From: an uncultured delta proteobacterium
GTDB lineage: Bacteria; Myxococcota_A; Polyangia; Fen-1088
NCBI GenBank assembly: GCA_963767925.1
Contig: CAVYGB010000010.1
Coordinates: forward strand, 352,001 to 416,000
Direction of reading: 5' to 3'
DNA: 64,000 nt
The translations under genes were made by a program, and so were the position numbers. The notes beneath the pieces are model-generated. The model did no database searches and was not told where the DNA came from. It saw only the letters and a list, made by a program, of their open reading frames with translations. Positions 19,278 through 29,686 of this stretch are shown here, one piece after another (within the stretch, counting starts at the first letter, position 1; each line of letters begins with the position of its first letter).

Positions 19278-20165
19278 CCCCGCACCACCTCGCGGCCGCG
19301 CAGCCGACGGTCGAGCAGGAAGACGCACAGCAGGCCGAGCGCCAGCAGGACCAGCCAGCAGTAGCCCACCGGGATGTCGAGGGTGCTGGCATCCCCGATC
19401 AGGTGGCGCCGCACCGATCGGGGCGCCGGCACGTCGAGCAGGTCGCGCCAGATGGTGGAGACCAGGTAAACGATGCTGACCAGCTTGCCCCAGTAGGTGC
19501 GCAGGACCTCGCTGGCCGCGGCCCCCAGCCCGGCGGTCAGGAAGAAGGTGCCGGCGAAGAGCCCGGTGGCCACGATCCGCCACTTGACCCAGGCCGAGAG
19601 GGCCAGGGCCAGCAGCGACGTCACGCCGATCCAGAGCCAGGCCGCCAGCACGATCCCGCCCAGCAGAGGCAGGTTGCGGCGGCCCCAGCCGCCCTCGTCG
19701 AGCACCGCCTGCAGCCCGAAGAGCAGGACGTCCGGCACCCAGGTGATGAGGGAGAGCACGAAGAAGAGCGTGGCCAGCCGGCCGAGGACGTACTCCAGCC
19801 GGGAGAAGGGCCGGCTCAGGTAGAGCGGCAGGGCGCCGTTGACCAGATCGGGGGCCACCAGGCCCGGCCCCATCCAGGCGGTGAGCAGGAAGGCCAGGGC
19901 ACCCTGCGCCACCATCAAGTAGTAGAAGAACTGGCCGTCCACCCGGATGGGAGAGTCGCCCTGCAGTCCCACCAGCGCCTGGGCCAGGGGGTTGTTGTAG
20001 AGGTAGATGAAGGCGGCGGCGAGCAGCGGCGGCACCATGCTCAGCATCAGGTAGGCCGACAGCAGCTTCGACTCGGTGATCGACTGCCAGGCGTAGCGGG
20101 GCAACACGAGGAAGCGCGACCAGGAGGGCGTCAGGCCGACCGCGCCGAGGGGGCGGTAGACGCGC

Positions 20166-20179
<14 letters not shown>
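19274..20179 (-). CDS. ABC transporter permease subunit
   Basis: TM segments; [19 protein letters not shown]. Confidence 0.85.
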
Positions 20180-21101
<922 letters not shown>

Positions 21102-21118
21102 GCAGGGTCTTTTTTACC

Positions 21119-23776
21119 CTACTGCGGCCGCTGGCGGTGGAGCAGGTCGGCCAGCCCGGCCGAGCCGACGAAGTGGTCCAGCCCCAGCCCGAAGAAGCCT
21201 CCCGCGCTCGCCACCTGGATCTCCGACTCCTCCCCGTAGACGTAGACCAGCGAGGGGCGGGCGGCGGCGGTCAGGCGCTCGAAGGCCTCCCGCTGCTCGG
21301 GGCGCAGGGCCCGGGTGCCGGCGATCCAGTCGCCCACCAGGGCGCCCGCCTGACCGAGGTCGTGGTACACGACCGCGGAGAAGTTGGGGTGCCGATCCGA
21401 GGGGAGCAGGTTGCGGAAGCGCCCGGCGTTGCGCAGGTGGGCCCCGGTCTGGCGCACCCGCAGCGCGCGGTGCAGGAGCTCCTCGGTCGGGCCGACGACC
21501 AGGTAGCCGTCGGCGAACAGCCAGCGCACCGCCACCTGGGCGCCCGCCCCGGGGACGGTCAAGGCGAAGACCTCCCGCCCGCGGCTCTGGCCCCGCTCGA
21601 GGCGCAGCTCCTTGCCCGGCTGCTGCCCGGGCCCCTGACCCTGGGCCTCGATCTGCCGGTTGACCTCCACCACCAGCTTCTCGATGGCGGCGATCAGCCG
21701 GTCCGGCTGGTGCACCTCGAGGACGACCTTCCAGGAGGGGATCGGCAGCAGGGGCCCGTCGATGGCCAGGGCCACGTCGTTGCCCAGGGGGGCGGCCACC
21801 TCGGCGCGCAGCCCGACGCCGAGCCGCTGCTCGAAGGCCTGGAGCTGCGCCGGGAAGTCGGGGCTCATGGCCCCCGCCACCCGGAAGAGATCGTCGAGGA
21901 CGCCAGTCGCGTCCTTGACCACGAAGGCGGCGGCGAAGCTGGCCCCGGCGGTGACGAAGTCGAGCGAGCCCATGGGGGCCGGCGCGGCCAGCCAGGAGGC
22001 CACCCCCTGCCGGGGGCCGGCGAAGCTCACGGTGGCCCGGCTCTGGGTGTTGTCGCGCACCTTCTCCTGCTCGACGACGAGGAAGCGGGCGTTGTCGGCG
22101 CCCAGCTCGCGCAGCAGCGTTCGCGGATCGCGGGCCGGCCCCTGCCCCTCGGCCTGGCTGGCGGCCAGGCGGGCGATGGCCTCCAGGTCGACGGCGAACA
22201 GGGCCCCCACCCCGTCGCGGTAACACCCGGAAATCCGCTGGCCGAAGGGCGTGGCGGCGAAGCCGGAGGCCGGCGCGAGCGCCGCCCGCAGCCCCTCCCG
22301 GTCGGGGGCGGCCGCCACCAGGGTGTCGGTGATCAGCACCAGCGCGTCGGCGGGCCGGCCGGGGACCTCCGCGGCCAGCGCGCGCTCGTCGAGGACGCGC
22401 AGCTTGTCCCCGGCGGCCGGCAGCTTGGCCTCGAGCGCCTGCCGCAGCCCCGGGCGCGTCACCTGCGCCAGGATCAGCGGGCGCAGGCCCTCGCCCACGG
22501 GAGCCAGGGCCACGACGATCTCGTCGCCGAGGTGCTCGGACAGCGCCCGCAGCAGGCTGACCAGCTCCGGCAGCTCGGCCTCGAGCTGGCTGGCCCCGCT
22601 CTCCAGCCACCAGGCCTGCAGGGCCGGGCTGGCCTCGAGGCGCTCGCGGAACAGGCGGTGCACCTCGTCGAGGGTGACGCCGGAGTTGGGCAGGGCGGCG
22701 AAGGCCACCGCCCCGGCGGGCACGGCGTCCAGCAGGCGGCTTCCGTAGCGCAGGCCGGGCCAGCGCACGCCCTCGAGCTTCTTGTCGAGGGCGGCGACCT
22801 CGCCGAGCAGCTCGGCGTGCTGCGCGAGCTCCGGGCTCCAGGCCACCTCCTCGCCGATGGGGAGCGGCTGGATCTCGCGGCTGGTGGTCATCTGCCCGCC
22901 TGCGGTGAGGGTCCGGTCCTCCCGCTGGCTCTCCACCCAGACCGATCCCTCTAGGACCGAGATCCGCGTGCCCTTGACCCCCCGGTTGACCGAGAAGACG
23001 GTCCCGGTGACCGAGACCTTGGCGTCGTCGGTGATCACCATCAGGTGCCCCTCGCGCCGCCTGGCCGCCCGGACCAGGACGCTGCCCCGCTCGAGGTGGA
23101 CCGAGAGATCCCGGCGGTTCATGGAGACGGACAGCTCGGTCTGCTCGCGCATCTCCACCCGCGATCCGTCGCGCAGGCGCACCACCGCCCGCGTGCCGCG
23201 CGGGGTCCTCAGCCACTCGCGCTCGCTGGCGTCGCGCCCCACCTCGAGCTGGCGCTGCCCCTTGTCGGCGATGAGGTAGACGGCGCCGTCGGCCGACTCG
23301 AGGGTGGCCCGGGGGCCGTCGGGGGCGGTGGAGAAGGCGCCCCGGAAGAGGACGGCCAGCGCGCCGGCGACGATCACCAGCGAGGCCGCCACCGCATACC
23401 GCGTGAGGGGCGAGAGGCCGCGGGTCTTCGCGGCGCCGGCGACCGGCTGCCGCCAGCGCAGCAGCTCGGCGCCCCGGCCGGCGAAGGCGCGGCGGCAGTC
23501 GGCGCACCCGCGCAGGTGGTCCTGGAGCAGGATCTCCCGCCCCTCACCCAGGCTGTGGGCCCGGTAGCGGGGAAACAGGGCCCGCACGTCGGCGCAGCCG
23601 CGGATGGGCGCGTCGGCCGCGCTCACGGCGGCCGAGACGGAGACGGCCGGCTGGTCGGTGCGCAGCTCGTCCGAGACCTTGCCCCAGACGCGGGCCCGCG
23701 CCGCCTCGACCGCCTCGTCGGCGACCTCCTGGTCGCGAACCGCGTCCACTGCCTGGTCGAACCGATCCCTGGTCAT
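21119..23776 (-). CDS. Anti-sigma factor: zinc-finger (ZAS) motif, TM, FecR domain and large C-terminal extracytoplasmic domain
   Basis: HLRGCADC (HxxxCxxC); TM; LRDGSRV, VSVTGTVFSV, ISVLEGSV; overlaps the ECF sigma stop. Confidence 0.85.
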   Translation of the reverse strand: MTRDRFDQAVDAVRDQEVADEAVEAARARVWGKVSDELRTDQPAVSVSAAVSAADAPIRGCADVRALFPRYRAHSLGEGREILLQDHLRGCADCRRAFAGRGAELLRWRQPVAGAAKTRGLSPLTRYAVAASLVIVAGALAVLFRGAFSTAPDGPRATLESADGAVYLIADKGQRQLEVGRDASEREWLRTPRGTRAVVRLRDGSRVEMREQTELSVSMNRRDLSVHLERGSVLVRAARRREGHLMVITDDAKVSVTGTVFSVNRGVKGTRISVLEGSVWVESQREDRTLTAGGQMTTSREIQPLPIGEEVAWSPELAQHAELLGEVAALDKKLEGVRWPGLRYGSRLLDAVPAGAVAFAALPNSGVTLDEVHRLFRERLEASPALQAWWLESGASQLEAELPELVSLLRALSEHLGDEIVVALAPVGEGLRPLILAQVTRPGLRQALEAKLPAAGDKLRVLDERALAAEVPGRPADALVLITDTLVAAAPDREGLRAALAPASGFAATPFGQRISGCYRDGVGALFAVDLEAIARLAASQAEGQGPARDPRTLLRELGADNARFLVVEQEKVRDNTQSRATVSFAGPRQGVASWLAAPAPMGSLDFVTAGASFAAAFVVKDATGVLDDLFRVAGAMSPDFPAQLQAFEQRLGVGLRAEVAAPLGNDVALAIDGPLLPIPSWKVVLEVHQPDRLIAAIEKLVVEVNRQIEAQGQGPGQQPGKELRLERGQSRGREVFALTVPGAGAQVAVRWLFADGYLVVGPTEELLHRALRVRQTGAHLRNAGRFRNLLPSDRHPNFSAVVYHDLGQAGALVGDWIAGTRALRPEQREAFERLTAAARPSLVYVYGEESEIQVASAGGFFGLGLDHFVGSAGLADLLHRQRPQ

Positions 23777-24306
23777 CGTGATCCTCCTGCGAGCTTGCGA
23801 AACTGCCGTCGAAGCTGACCCCTGGCCCGAAACAGCGAGACCGCCACGACCGCCGCCGAGGTGTCGAGCATCTGGGCGATCTCCCGGTTGTCGTACCCCT
23901 CGAGGTGGCGCAGGACGAAGATCTCGGCCTGGCGCTCGCTCAGCGTGGTGAGCGCGCGGCGCAGCCAGGCCCGCAGCTCCACCGTGTCGCTGGCCGGGCT
24001 GGCCGGGGCGGCCTTGCCCACCTCGTCGAGCGCCTGCCGGTCGGTTTGCCAGCGCGACCGGCACAGGTCGAGGGCGGCGTTGATGGCGGCCCGGTAGAGG
24101 TAGCTGGCCAGGTTGTCGATGGCCGCCGGTCGAGGATCTTGCCGCGCCAGCCGCAGAAAGACGCTCTGCAGGACATCTTCGGCGTCGCTGGTGCTGCCGG
24201 TGATCCGGTAAGCGGCCCGGTAGACCCGCCGGTGGTGGTCTTCGAAGACCCGGGCCAGCTCGGCGCTCTCCGGCTCGATGGGTGGTTTTCGCAAGGTTGC
24301 CAGCAA
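23773..24306 (-). CDS. ECF RNA polymerase sigma factor
   Basis: DAEDVLQSVF, YLYRAAIN, LEGYDNREIAQMLD, LFRAR. Confidence 0.93.
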   Translation of the reverse strand: MLATLRKPPIEPESAELARVFEDHHRRVYRAAYRITGSTSDAEDVLQSVFLRLARQDPRPAAIDNLASYLYRAAINAALDLCRSRWQTDRQALDEVGKAAPASPASDTVELRAWLRRALTTLSERQAEIFVLRHLEGYDNREIAQMLDTSAAVVAVSLFRARGQLRRQFRKLAGGSR

Positions 24307-24436
24307 GATGCCCCTCCCCTGGTTGGCGGACGGAGGGATGACGGGCGGGGGGCGGCAGATCTTAACGAAAATGATCGCCGCCTGCTGACGCCCGGTGTCG
24401 GCGCAAGGTCGCCGCGTCGGGGAGCCCCCGGGGCGG

Positions 24437-25588
24437 TCAGACGCCGGCGCGGGCGCTCGGGCCGAGCTGCACCAGCTCGCCGCCCTTCCGGTTGGCCGAC
24501 AGGGTGCCGCAAGCGGCCCCGATCTCCCGACCGCCCGAATAGCGCCGGACCACCGGGATGCCGGCCTCCGACATCTCGTCGCGGAAGGCGGCCACCTCCG
24601 CCTCGGAGGGGGGCTGGTACTGGCCGGTCTCGTCGCTGACGTCGATCAGGCTGATCTTGACCCGCAGCCCCTCGGTCAGGGCGATGAGCTGCCGGGCGTG
24701 GGCGGGGGTGAGATTGCTCCCGCCGATGCCGACATAGGCCAGGGTCACCCGCCCCCCCAGGTTGGCGGCGTAGGCCCGCACGGCGTCCATCAGCTCGGGC
24801 AGGGGCCAGCGGCGCTCGATGGGCATCAGCGGCAGGCGGTCACCGCTGCTGGGAGCCCCGAGCGACACGATCAACCGGAAGCGGTGCCCCTCGGCGGTGA
24901 AGCGGCGGATCATCGGCACCACGCCGGCGGTGCTGATGGTGATCGCCTTGGCCGAGATGGCCATCCCCGCCGGCTCGCACAGGATGTTCGCCGCCCGCAG
25001 GACGTTGTCGTAGTTCAGGAAGGGCTCGCCCATCCCCATGAACACGACCCCGCGCACGGGGTGCTCGGCCTCGGCCGCCACCTGGCGGATCTGGGCCAGG
25101 ATCTCCCAGGTGCGCAGGCTGCGGATCGCCCCCAGCCGCCCGGTGGCGCAGAAGTCGCACGCCAGCGCGCAGCCGGCCTGCGAGCTGACACAGATCACGT
25201 ATTTGGCCGCCGGCAGCGCCTCGAGGGGGCCGGCCTGGCCCTGCTTGCGCCGGAGCTTCAGCGCGCGCGCGTCCTCCGGATCGGGCAGGGGGATACGCAC
25301 TGCCTCGATCGACGGTCCGTCGGGGAGGCGAAACAGATACTTCACGAAGCCGTCCGCGGCCTGGCGCCGCTCGATCAGCTCCAGCTCGGGAAACTCCAGG
25401 TCGCGCGCCAGCCGCTCGCGGGCCTCCCGCCCGAGCCCGACCACCCCTTCGAGCGTGCTGGCTCCGTGGCGGTGAACGCGGGCAAAGATCCGCCGGGCCA
25501 CCACCTCGTCCACCCCGTAAGGCGCGACCGCATCCCGCAAGGACGCGACGTCGAGATCGCGCAGGTTGAGGCGGACCGGGGCGGGCAT
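24437..25588 (-). CDS. RlmN/Cfr-family radical SAM RNA methyltransferase (divergent)
   Basis: CVSSQAGCALACDFC, VFMGMGEP, ISTAG, GREIGAACGTL. Confidence 0.88.
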   Translation of the reverse strand: MPAPVRLNLRDLDVASLRDAVAPYGVDEVVARRIFARVHRHGASTLEGVVGLGREARERLARDLEFPELELIERRQAADGFVKYLFRLPDGPSIEAVRIPLPDPEDARALKLRRKQGQAGPLEALPAAKYVICVSSQAGCALACDFCATGRLGAIRSLRTWEILAQIRQVAAEAEHPVRGVVFMGMGEPFLNYDNVLRAANILCEPAGMAISAKAITISTAGVVPMIRRFTAEGHRFRLIVSLGAPSSGDRLPLMPIERRWPLPELMDAVRAYAANLGGRVTLAYVGIGGSNLTPAHARQLIALTEGLRVKISLIDVSDETGQYQPPSEAEVAAFRDEMSEAGIPVVRRYSGGREIGAACGTLSANRKGGELVQLGPSARAGV

Positions 25589-25818
25589 GAAGCTCCAGAA
25601 GGTAACATGCTGCAGAGGCCGGGGACGTCCTGACGGGACCATCCCGGGGGCCCAGCCCGCTCCGGCCCGAGAGGACCCGGAAGAACGAATTGTTCGCGCG
25701 GCTGTCGATTCCCGCGCGCCCGGATCGTCTTCTCCTCGAAGCACGAAAGGAACCGGGCCGCGGGCCGTGTTTGCGCGCGCGCCGGCGGTAGATTGTCCGC
25801 AACCCGAGAGGTACCTCG

Positions 25819-27090
25819 ATGACATTCAAAGCCTTTTCCATCTCCTTCCTCGGCGCCATCCTGGCCCTGGCCACCCCGGCCCGGGGCGCTCCCGAACCCC
25901 AGCCTGCCGGGGGGGCGAGGTTCGTCGGCACCTGGGGGGCGGCCCAGCAGGCGCCGAACGCGATGGCCTTCTTCGGCACCAACTGGTCGATGGAGGGGTT
26001 CGCCAACCACTCGCTGCGCCAGGTGGTTCGCCTCAGCACGGGCGGGTCGAAGCTGCGGATCCGGCTGTCCAACGTGTACGGGACGGCGCCGCTGCCGATC
26101 GCCGGGGCGTCGATCGCCCGGGCGGGCGCGGGAGCGGCGATCCAGCCCGGGACCGCGCAGCGCCTGAGCTTCGACGAGGCGCCGGCGGTGACGATCGCCC
26201 CCGGCCGCGAGACCGTCAGCGACGCCCTCGATCTGCCGGTGGCCCCGCTCGAACGCCTGACCGTCACCCTCTTCTTCGCCGCGCCCTCCGGCCCGGCGAC
26301 CTTCCACCTGCTGTCCTCTTCCACCAGCTACCGGGCCAGCGGCGACCACCTGGAGGACGAGGCCCCGGCGGCGTTCAGCGAGACCAGCCTGATGTGGTAC
26401 TTCCTGGGCGGGGTGGAGGTGAGCGGGCGGCCCCCCCGGGCGCGCCAGGCGGTCGTGACCTTCGGCGACTCGATCACCGACGGGGCCTTCTCCTCCCTGG
26501 ACCAGGACCACCGCTACCCCGACGTCCTCGCCGAGCGCCTGCTCGCCGCCGGCAAGCCCCTCGCCGTCGTCAACACCGGCCTGAGCGGCAACCGGCTGCT
26601 CACCGACACAACCTGCTTCGGCGAGCGGGCCCTCGCCCGGTTCGAGCGCGACGTCGCCCGGCGCCCGGGCGCCCGATCGGTCGTGGTGCTGCTGGGGATC
26701 AACGACATCCTCGCCGCCAGCCTGGGCAACGACCCCGGCTTCGCCGAGTGCGCCACCGAAAATCCCGTGGTCACCGCCGAGCAGCTCATCGAAGGCCACC
26801 GCGCCCTCATCCGCTCCGCCCACGCCCGCGGCCTGCGGGCCATCGGCGGCACCGTCACCCCCTACCGGAGCGAGCTCTGGACCGAAGCAGGCGAGCAGGT
26901 CCGCAGCGCCGTCAACACCTGGATCCGCAGCAGCGGCGAATACGACGCGGTCGCCGACTTCGACCGCGCCGTCGCCGACCCAACCGACCCCCTCCGCATC
27001 CGCCCCGCCTTCGACGCCGGCGACGGCCTCCACCCCAACGACGCCGGCCTCCGCGCCATGGCCGAGGCCATCGACCTGGAAGCCCTGTAG
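25819..27090 (+). CDS. Secreted SGNH/GDSL hydrolase
   Basis: Signal peptide; FGDSITDG, GLSGN, GIND, DGLHPN. Confidence 0.93.
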   Translation: MTFKAFSISFLGAILALATPARGAPEPQPAGGARFVGTWGAAQQAPNAMAFFGTNWSMEGFANHSLRQVVRLSTGGSKLRIRLSNVYGTAPLPIAGASIARAGAGAAIQPGTAQRLSFDEAPAVTIAPGRETVSDALDLPVAPLERLTVTLFFAAPSGPATFHLLSSSTSYRASGDHLEDEAPAAFSETSLMWYFLGGVEVSGRPPRARQAVVTFGDSITDGAFSSLDQDHRYPDVLAERLLAAGKPLAVVNTGLSGNRLLTDTTCFGERALARFERDVARRPGARSVVVLLGINDILAASLGNDPGFAECATENPVVTAEQLIEGHRALIRSAHARGLRAIGGTVTPYRSELWTEAGEQVRSAVNTWIRSSGEYDAVADFDRAVADPTDPLRIRPAFDAGDGLHPNDAGLRAMAEAIDLEAL

Positions 27091-27180
27091 GTCACTCGAT
27101 CACGCCCCGTTACGAATCACCGTGGAGCCGAGGCGCGGCTCCCGAACCGTCGAGCCGGAAACGTCGAAAGGAAAACAACA

Positions 27181-27546
27181 ATGGATGAGATCAAGGGAAT
27201 CGCTCGGGTCAAGTTTCATCCCGGCAAGCTCGAGGAGTGGAAGCGCCTGACCAAAGAGGCCATGAAGATCGTGCGGACCAAGGACCGCGGCACCCTCCAG
27301 TACGAGATCTTCTTCAACGAGGACGAGACCGAGGCGATGGTGTTCGAACGCTACCGCGACGCCGACGCCGCGATCGAGCACTTCTCCAACATCAGCCATC
27401 TGATGGAGCCGCTCATGGCCACCGCCTCGGTCACCGGCGAAGTGCTGGGAACCCCGAACGCGAACATGAAAGAGCAACTCGCAAAAGGCGGCCCGAAGCT
27501 GTTCACCCCCTGGATCGCGTTGCAGGATCAGGAAAAGAAGAAGTAG
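27181..27546 (+). CDS. Antibiotic biosynthesis monooxygenase (ABM)-family protein
   Basis: KDRGTLQYE, ERYRDADAAIEH; AAGGA RBS. Confidence 0.85.
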   Translation: MDEIKGIARVKFHPGKLEEWKRLTKEAMKIVRTKDRGTLQYEIFFNEDETEAMVFERYRDADAAIEHFSNISHLMEPLMATASVTGEVLGTPNANMKEQLAKGGPKLFTPWIALQDQEKKK

Positions 27547-27730
27547 GCACCGGCGGCGCTCTCGACGGCTTCGGCTCGCTAGCGGATTCCTATCGTCGAG
27601 CGCGACGAGATCGGTGGCCCCGGGGGTGACCGGACACCAGCGACCTCGCCTGGCGGGGCCTGGAGGGAGCCTCGGCCGCGGTCGATCAGAGTTGGGACAT
27701 GAGCGGCATCCCGGATAGGGCCCTCGACCG

Positions 27731-27773
27731 TTGAGGGCGCGCGGGCCCTCGCGTACTCTTACCTGTAGGAGTA
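27731..27773 (+). promoter_or_regulatory. Sigma70-type promoter (TTGAGG-N17-TACTCT) with overlapping palindromic operator of the vapBC operon
   Basis: -35 at 27731-27736, -10 at 27754-27759; TACTCTTAC-ct-GTAGGAGTA (8/9 complementary) covers the -10 and the AGGAG RBS. Confidence 0.7.
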
Positions 27774-27780
27774 TTACCGG

Positions 27781-28017
27781 ATGCGCATCACGTCAAAGGG
27801 GCAGGTAACGATCCCCATCGCGGTCCGCCAGAAGCTCGGCCTGGTGCCGGACAGCGAGGTGGAGTTCAAGGTGGAAGGCGACTCTGCTCGCCTCGTGAAG
27901 ATACCGGCCAGGAGAGCCCGGTCCCGTGGTGCCGCAGTCATCGACCGATTGAAGGGCAAGGGTGACATCAAGATGTCGACCGACGAGATACTGGCGCTGA
28001 CCCGTCGAGCCAAGTGA
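27781..28017 (+). CDS. vapB: AbrB/MazE/SpoVT-family antitoxin
   Basis: MRITSKGQVTIP..R..LG; C-terminal MSTDEILALTR. Confidence 0.92.
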   Translation: MRITSKGQVTIPIAVRQKLGLVPDSEVEFKVEGDSARLVKIPARRARSRGAAVIDRLKGKGDIKMSTDEILALTRRAK

Positions 28018-28421
28018 AGGCCGTCCTCGTCGACAGCAACGTCCTCCTGGACGTGGCCACCGGCGACCCCATCTGGTCGTCCTGGTCTTCGGCTGCCCTC
28101 GAGCAGGCTGCCAACGACGCAACCCTGGTCATCAATCCCCTCGTCTACGCGGAGGTATCGATCCGATTCAGCCGGATCGAAGACCTCGAGGCTGCGATTC
28201 CGTCGCAGCTCTTTCGCCGCGACTCGCTGCCGTTCGAAGCCGCGTTCCTGGCCGGGAAGGCCTTCCTCAGGTACCGCCGACGCGGAGGGAGTCGTCTTTC
28301 TCCGCTGCCCGACTTTTACATCGGTGCCCACGCCGCCGTGGCCGACTTCCGTCTGCTGACCCGCGACGCAACCCGCTACCGAACCTACTTTCCCACGGTC
28401 GAGCTCATCTCGCCGAAATGA
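28014..28421 (+). CDS. vapC: PIN-domain toxin
   Basis: LVDSNVLLD, VYAEVS, PLPDFYIGAHA, LLTRD..RYRTYFP; GTGA overlap with the antitoxin. Confidence 0.93.
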   Translation: MKAVLVDSNVLLDVATGDPIWSSWSSAALEQAANDATLVINPLVYAEVSIRFSRIEDLEAAIPSQLFRRDSLPFEAAFLAGKAFLRYRRRGGSRLSPLPDFYIGAHAAVADFRLLTRDATRYRTYFPTVELISPK

Positions 28422-28424
28422 GGG

Positions 28425-28492
28425 GCCGAAGCGGCGAGGAAGGCGGCGCTGCGCACCTCGGGAATGGCGTAGCGGATGTATTCGATGATCAC
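28425..28492 (-). pseudogene. N-terminal fragment (about 22 codons) of a probable ABM-family gene
   Basis: (M)IIEYIRYAIPEVRSAAFLAA resembles ABM N-termini; its GTG overlaps the upstream TGA; the frame runs into the vapC antisense strand. Confidence 0.55.
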
Positions 28493-29514
28493 AGGGCCAG
28501 CGGGGTCACGTAGATCTCGGAGTAGGAGACCGAGGTCTGGCGCGAGGGGGCCCAGTCCTGGCTGCTGCCGCCGTAGAAGGTGTGAAAGAGGAGCCAGTCG
28601 ACGCGGGCGGTGGGCGACTCGTTCATGTAGGCCAGGTTGGAGCGGTTGATGACCATCTGGTCGTCGACCCAGACCTGGAGGATGCCGTTCCCGGTCCGGC
28701 CGGTGTTCAGCTTCACCCGCTCCTTGACCCGGTACCACTGGTTGGTCTTGAACGAGAACCCGGTGTTGATGGCCGCGCCGCAGTCCGAGCTCTGGTTGTT
28801 GTCGTAGACGTAGCCGATCAGCCGGCCGTTCTCCCGCCACATCATGCGCGCGGAGAAGCCGCTGCCGTTGGTGTCCACGCAGCCGGTGGGCGCCGAGCCC
28901 CCGGCCAGGCCCGGGATCTTGCCGCCCCGGCTGAAGTCGTAGTTGCCGTCGAAGCGGATCCGGTATTCGAGCTGCGAGTCGCGCGCGGGGGGAAGGGGGA
29001 TGCGCAGGTTGTGGCCGTTGCCCCCGCCGAAGGTGTTGGCCTGGAACACGCCCGTGAAGACCATCACGCCGTCCTCGACGCTGGTGCTCCGGCGCGCGCC
29101 GGTCCAGCGGGCGGCGATGGTGGGGATCAGGCTCAGGCGCTCGCCGACAGCGACGGCGACGCCACCGTCGCCTGCCGGTCCGCCGTCCCGGCGACCGTCC
29201 GCCGGACCGGCGTCCGGGGCGGCGCCCGCGTCGCGGCGGCCGCTCGTGCTGCCCGCGTCGGGCCGGGTGCCACCGCTGCCGCCGGCACCGCTGCTGCCAC
29301 CGGTGGCGCTACCAGCCCCGCCCCCGCTGCCGCCGCTGCTCCCGCCGGTGCCGGCATTGCCAGCCACCCCGCCAGTGCCGCCGCCGCTCCCGCCCTGGGC
29401 CGAGCTGCCACCCGTGCCCCCACCGGGCTCGGCGCTGTCGTCCGTGCAGGCGGCGGCGGGGAGGGTGAGGAGGCAGGTGAGCGAGAGCAGGCGAACGATA
29501 GGCTGGCTGGTCAT
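28489..29514 (-). CDS. Lipoprotein with Gly-rich linker and PL14-like polysaccharide lyase domain
   Basis: Lipobox AAAC; YRIRF..YDFSRGGKIPGL, GFSARMMWR, VKLNT, FHTFYGGS..WAP. Confidence 0.88.
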   Translation of the reverse strand: MTSQPIVRLLSLTCLLTLPAAACTDDSAEPGGGTGGSSAQGGSGGGTGGVAGNAGTGGSSGGSGGGAGSATGGSSGAGGSGGTRPDAGSTSGRRDAGAAPDAGPADGRRDGGPAGDGGVAVAVGERLSLIPTIAARWTGARRSTSVEDGVMVFTGVFQANTFGGGNGHNLRIPLPPARDSQLEYRIRFDGNYDFSRGGKIPGLAGGSAPTGCVDTNGSGFSARMMWRENGRLIGYVYDNNQSSDCGAAINTGFSFKTNQWYRVKERVKLNTGRTGNGILQVWVDDQMVINRSNLAYMNESPTARVDWLLFHTFYGGSSQDWAPSRQTSVSYSEIYVTPLAL

Positions 29515-29686
29515 GGACGTTCCTCGATGAAGCTTGGGGCTCGGCGCCACCCCACGGGGGGCATGGGCGAACGGGTCTGCCGGCTGGCGGCGAGGGAAGT
29601 GGCCCAGCGTAACACCGCCCGCCGGGGCCCGCAGCGGCCGATTTCATCCTTGAGCGGGCGGCCGGCGCGGCGGCAGGATGGGCGGC

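Noticed and set aside
24437..25588. cfr resistance gene
   Set aside because: No Cfr-specific evidence or mobile context; only the family-level call is supported
27100..28490. IS element or prophage around vapBC
   Set aside because: No transposase, integrase, terminal repeats or target-site duplication found
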